A stretch of 62,718 nt of DNA, filler included, from Sphacelaria rigidula (Eukaryota): assembly GCA_964200075.2 (NCBI GenBank). It is 5 parts of 5 records of this genome, joined end to end, with 100 filler letters (N's around TTAATTAATTAA, not from the genome) between each part and the next. Parts side by side here need not be neighbours in the genome. Positions count along the whole stretch, not along the records: positions 50,256 to 62,718 come from CAXNAA020003744.1; 4 more parts are not named here. One strand, written 5' to 3'. Shown here in pieces: positions 57,580 to 62,718 of this stretch. Made by a program: the position numbers and the translations under genes. The notes under the pieces were generated by a model. The model was not told where the DNA came from, did no database searches, and was given only the letters and a program-made list of their open reading frames with translations. Each line of letters begins with the position of its first letter. Position 1 is the first letter of the stretch.

Positions 57580-58236
57580 CGTGGGTACACAAAATTCGAC
57601 TTCACGGTCGACGAGGGAAAGGGACTGCTGAAGCGTCCTCGAGATAAAAAACAAGGCAAACACCGCAGGAGATAGGTGGAGCACTATAAATCTTACTACA
57701 CTACTGACCTTAATAAGTAAGTATTATATAAATAAATTTAATTAATTAATTGGATGGATGGATGGATGGATGGATGGATGGTTATTTGATTGGTTGTTTA
57801 TTTGATTTATTTTTTTGAGCAAGGGAAAGACAATAGTAAGTATTATATAAATAAATTTAATCAATTAATTAATTAATTGGATGGATGGATGGATGGATGG
57901 TTGGTCATTTGTTGGTCATTTGATTTATTTTTTTGAGCAAGGGAAAGACAATAGTAAGTATTATATAAATAAATTTAATTAATTAATTGGATGGATGGAT
58001 GGATGGATGGTTGGTTGGTCATTTGATTTATTTTTTTGAGCAAGGATGGATGGATGGATGGATGGATGGTTGGTCATTTGATTTATTTTTTTGAGCAAGG
58101 GAAAGACAATATAAAACAAAATTTAAAAAAGGAGCTCCTGTGTTGGCCTTCCTCCTGTATGACCCTGGCTAATGCGCCCAGACATACCGGAAGGTGTAGA
58201 CTGGCGTCGAGAATAGATTAAATGATTATACACACA
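57580..58236 (+). mobile_element. SINE S1 copy (5'-truncated) interrupted by a tandem array
   Basis: S1 body 57580-57685 resumes at ~58125-58236. Confidence 0.75.
57718..58110 (+). repeat. ~118-bp tandem repeat (~3.5 units) containing (GGAT)n
   Basis: TAAGTATTATATAAATAAATTTAAT...(GGAT)n...TTTTTTGAGCAAGGGAAAGACAATAG repeated at 57718, 57837, 57955, plus a partial unit. Confidence 0.9.
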
Positions 58237-61200
58237 TACTTTACACCTACATCGTCTGTTTGCTCCTACCGATCATAGAGTAGATAGGAAGAGTGCGGAC
58301 AAAGATCCAAGGACGATCGAGCTTGCGCCCTCTCGTGGTGCTTCAAGACGCAGCCGAGGATATCTCCGCGTTCATGTTGTCAAATCCTGCCGATTCACGA
58401 CAACGATGGTCGAATCTTGGGGGATATGATTCCAAAAAAAGCTGTAGTCGAACCATGAAAAAAGAGCCCACATCAAGCCAAGCCAAGCCAAGCCAAGCCA
58501 AGCAAGCAAGCAAGCAATTTACTATTCACGAGTTCAACCATGAACAGCTATGATAAAAGCACCACCAATCAGTGTTGCGCCAAACGTTTTTTTTTTTGGG
58601 GGGGGGGGAAAGAATCTGACCGCTCTTCCCTTTACTGCGCACTGCTGCAACGCACAACACCAGATGAAGCGACGTGGAACTGTTGAATGTGGCTCGCACA
58701 ACATATGAGCGAAGTTTGAGCGCCTCGCGGCGGCTACAGCGCGCGTAGGGCCGTTATTCATGGACTGCGCAGCTCTACAGACCGGTGTCAGTTCGCCACC
58801 ACAGCGGCCGCCCAGCCGCTCAACATGTCCAAGTTTGTGCATCTGCATCTGCGCGTGCATGTATGCATTCGCCTATAGTGCGCAAAGTCTGGGCTGCTGT
58901 ATAGCTGATTTGAGGGCGCATGGGCGACATTCCCTGAAATCGCTTGTGGCCATGTTACAGGAAAGTCTGGGGCCCAATCGCACGGATGCTTCGCGCATAC
59001 GCTATCTGTGTTGTGTCCGTCTAGTGTGCAAAGTTTCATGATGAAGCGCGCAGTCGCAGGCGAGAAATCCACAAGCAAACTTGTGCTGGAAATTGGGAGT
59101 TTACTGTAGGAAAGTAAGAGTATCCGAATGAAGATGAGATGCGGTTACGCCCTGGTTACGCCGCATATCAAATGCGGTTACCCAGCATCACGGTACGGCT
59201 ACTGTCTGTAAACCGTACATTGCATCACAGCGGATTATACTGCACTTTATAGTGGTCATGACGAAGTTTTCAATTTTTGAAGCCATCAGCTGCGCCGCCA
59301 GACGTGGATGCAGACGATCGTGCCGCTACTCGTTTTCTTCGAAAGCCACTGAGATGCTTCTTTTTCAGGGGGGTTGCACACTCCATATACGACGCCCTTG
59401 GCGTGGTGATGCGCAGGGACGCGAAGCGTGGTTGCCACCCATCATCGTACCATGGAGCCTGCAAGGCACCCGTACTGAGCAACACCATCCAGACCACCGA
59501 ACGCGGGACATGAGCAACCACGTTCTTAGCCTCCAACCTTTGCCGACGATCCAGCCTTGAAGCATAGCTTGTCAGATATTCCGCATGTTAGGCCGTGGGT
59601 CCTCCCTCTGGGGCACCTCGCTCGTGTGGACTAAACCTACTGTGCGGATGACCCCAGCTGATAATTTATGCAATGACTCTTGTATGCGAAAATCGACACA
59701 CATTTGACTTTGTTTTTTTGGCGCAACACTGAAAGATATCTTCGGTACGCGGTGATACGTCTTGCGTCTTGTGTGGGGGAGTTGTGTCTATGTCGCGTGC
59801 ATTCTTCCTCGAGAACGATGTAATTTTTCAAGGTGGACGATCGCCTTGGCCTCCCGGTACCGTACACGAGTTTCGAAACCGCAACCGAACCGACAAAGCA
59901 CATTCTACCCGACCTGCGGCTTTCGGTCCTGACACATGCAACATTTACTCCCAGGCGTCATACCGAGAATTTGTACAAAAAGGATATTACATTTATCGGG
60001 AAATCATAAAACGAAATGATATGTACGAAAGTCCTGCAGGGGGCGGTGGCTGTTGACGTGCTCCACGGCGAATGTTCGCATGTTTGCAGGGGGGTGTCAC
60101 TCCTTACTATTATTTGATATAATTTCGGCACATCAGCCCGACCTCTCGACCTCGTTGGCACAAAACGCAGGCTAGTCTTTCCCGTACCGTCATTACGACT
60201 CCTCGCACGAAATAGAAGTACTAATTGAGCGTTTTACTCTGAGACTCCAACAAGCAAGAACAAAAACGAAAATAAACGGAAAAAGGAGACTTTAAGAAAG
60301 CAGACGATAATGAGGCTCACCGGCAGATAAGGGGTAAATCGAACGGCACCCCGTTTTGGCTGCAATAATAGACGTAGTCAGGCCTCTGAAACCGAGTTTG
60401 GCTCACGCTCGGAGAAAGAATGAAGGCTGGTTATCGTGGGAGCTGACTGCGAGTCAGAGATATCGGACTGATGTGGCAGAGTAGGGAAAAGATCAAGCAG
60501 GGCGGATGAATTTCGAACTTCGGCGCTGCCTCGACCAACGCCGCCGCCTCAACGGGGGTAAAGGGCAGCACTAGCGCGCCCACTGAGTCACTTACGAAGG
60601 TTGGAGTACTCCTGCAGCTACTGCAACTGCTCACAGACTCTTCTGTGGTGCTATTCGGCAGATGTGCAACGTGTAAGGGGCGGCGGGGGGAGATCGAAAG
60701 ATTCGGCACCTACTCAAATTTCCTGTATTTTTAGCGTGAGGCTCTGGTGCAGTAATCATTCGCCAGCGCCGGAGAACTCAAACGGCCAAAGAAGAGTCGT
60801 GCTTGGCGAGCACACCGAATGAATCGGCACAGCGAAAGAGAAGTGCGGATTTCTCATTCAGCCGTCGAAGCTAGGATTTTCAGAGTCAGGCACAAGAGTT
60901 GAGATCAAGACGGTCTGAAATACCCCAAACTGGGTCTGCGCATGTCAGGGTACAGTTCCCGTGCACCACCGCAAAATGTCCCGCTGCGAATGCTTTTCAC
61001 GACGCAACGAGGCAGGAGTGGCACGTTCTTCGAGAGTACTGATTCTGTACGATCACGAGGGGAACCGGGGAACCGTACACGGACTAGACCCAAAAGTGTA
61101 CGCAACTAGAGATCTCATGATGCTGTACCTCTACTTTGAAAAGCAAGGTCGCACTGCTTCTATCGAGCCCCCGCAAAATGTGTCGTACAGACAGTACTTA

Positions 61201-62718
61201 TTGAGTGTCGGTGCCCAACCCAGGTCCCGGACATTCTTGCACCATCTGTTGTACAGCGCAGTCAGTACAATACTGACTCTCAATAAACTGTCTGTCGGTG
61301 GTACGTTTTGCGTACAACTGACTGTTGTCTGTTGAAGGTCGTGAGCACCCTTGCAATGTTCAATCTAGGTCCACCGTACAACGGCGATCATTTCATCAGC
61401 AACCGTTTGTTGGTCCGCCTGCTGCATCTGTGCCTCTCCAGCACAGTCACAACACTATAGACGCGAAGGAATAATTGGGTCACAAAAACACCACAACGTA
61501 GATGACATGAAAACACTTCTGTGGCGCAAATCTTTCCGACACATACAACAGGTGAACGTACCATCACTTCCTCTGGGTGCTTCAGACAAATAGACGGAAG
61601 GACGACAAGCCGCTCGCAATATACACCTGTTTCTTTTCCAATACGAAACACAGCACGAAGACAACAACAACAAACTAGCAAAGGCCATCACACAAAAAGC
61701 ACCTCCGACCAACACATCAAACTGCAACACGCAATCCCTTGCCAATGAGATAGCTCCCCCCCTACTTACCAACTCTGACATAGCATCTCACCTAAGCACC
61801 CTGGTGGGGTGAACCCCTCCGAAGGAGGCGCGGACGCACACATGGCACCCACCACACACACCCTCAGTCTTCGACTGGTGCACATACTAATTTCCATATA
61901 TAACCTTCAAGCTCCAGACTGGTACTGCGTTGCTATACGCGCTCCTTCCGTAAGACCGAGCCTTTCAAGCCGACGGCTGATCGCGTTCCTCCCAGTGACT
62001 CCCGTAAAAGGATTTTATCCACGCCGTCTTTCGCACGGCCTAAAACCCTGCTCTCGTGTGTGGCCTGCCGCACGACTATCCTTCCCCCCCTACCCTCACC
62101 CCTCGCCTTCCGTGTCCGGGGTTAGTCAAGGTGGTCTGCGCTGGCCAAATACAAAACGCGTTTGGACAGAGACGCGAAGTCCAAGGCCTGGTGGGCCTGT
62201 GAACTCGGTTTTCGTTGGGATTCTCCGGGAATGCTTGCCAATATTCAGCTGTTGACGTTAGGATGTGCTTCTGAGCAATGAGGGCGATGCCCAGGGGTAT
62301 GTAATGTCCGCGTACTACCTCATGGTACCCGCGCTGCTGTCAGTGTTTGTACAGCAAGTTGCTATCTCATCAGATGGAGGTCGACGAGAATCCGTAGATG
62401 GAGTGGAAATCCGTGGTGTGTCCGTCTCGATCCGTCGAAGTCCGATTTTTTATTTTTTATTGATTTTTTATTGATTTTTGATTGATTGTTTGTTGTTTGT
62501 CCTACACTAGTAAAACAGTACTGCATTACGTTAACTGATCCTCCCGAAGGATTCAGTCGTGGTAATGACAAGAGAGACGCACCCAAGGTGAACACAACGG
62601 AAACCCTCGCTGAACAAAAGGGAAGGGGGAAAGGCGCGCGCGAGAGGGCGGGGGCGGGCGGGGGGGGGGAGGGGGGGGGGGGGGGGGGGAAGGAGAAAAA
62701 AAGACAAGAAGAAAAAAA

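Overview
Eukaryotic nuclear DNA, most likely a brown alga (Phaeophyceae). This is inferred from intron-rich genes with long repeat-filled introns, a nucleus-encoded cyanobacterial-type sigma factor and a brown-algal-type ankyrin protein. The window is not one locus. It is five contigs (1-12464, 12565-25028, 25129-37592, 37693-50155, 50256-62718; lengths 12464, 12464, 12464, 12463, 12463) joined by an artificial N44-TTAATTAATTAA-N44 linker, so nothing can be inferred from adjacency across linkers. I reconstructed five genes by hand from splice sites and reading phase: a multi-exon non-RD Ser/Thr kinase (+, contig 2), part of a CHD/SNF2 chromatin remodeller (-, contig 3), an intronless ankyrin-repeat protein (-) divergent from ATP11/ATPAF1 (+, contig 4), and a plastid-type sigma-70 factor (-, contig 5, 3'-truncated). 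The rest is tRNA-derived SINEs and non-autonomous TIR elements (hAT-, piggyBac-, MULE- and Harbinger-like, plus hairpin MITEs). I found no CRISPR array, intact transposase or multi-gene system. The best candidates for a second look are an element bounded by palindromes built from head-to-head tRNA-like heads (14509-14982), the ankyrin protein's C-terminal box, a minisatellite of splice-donor copies, and a ~48-bp motif that recurs just downstream of splice donors.
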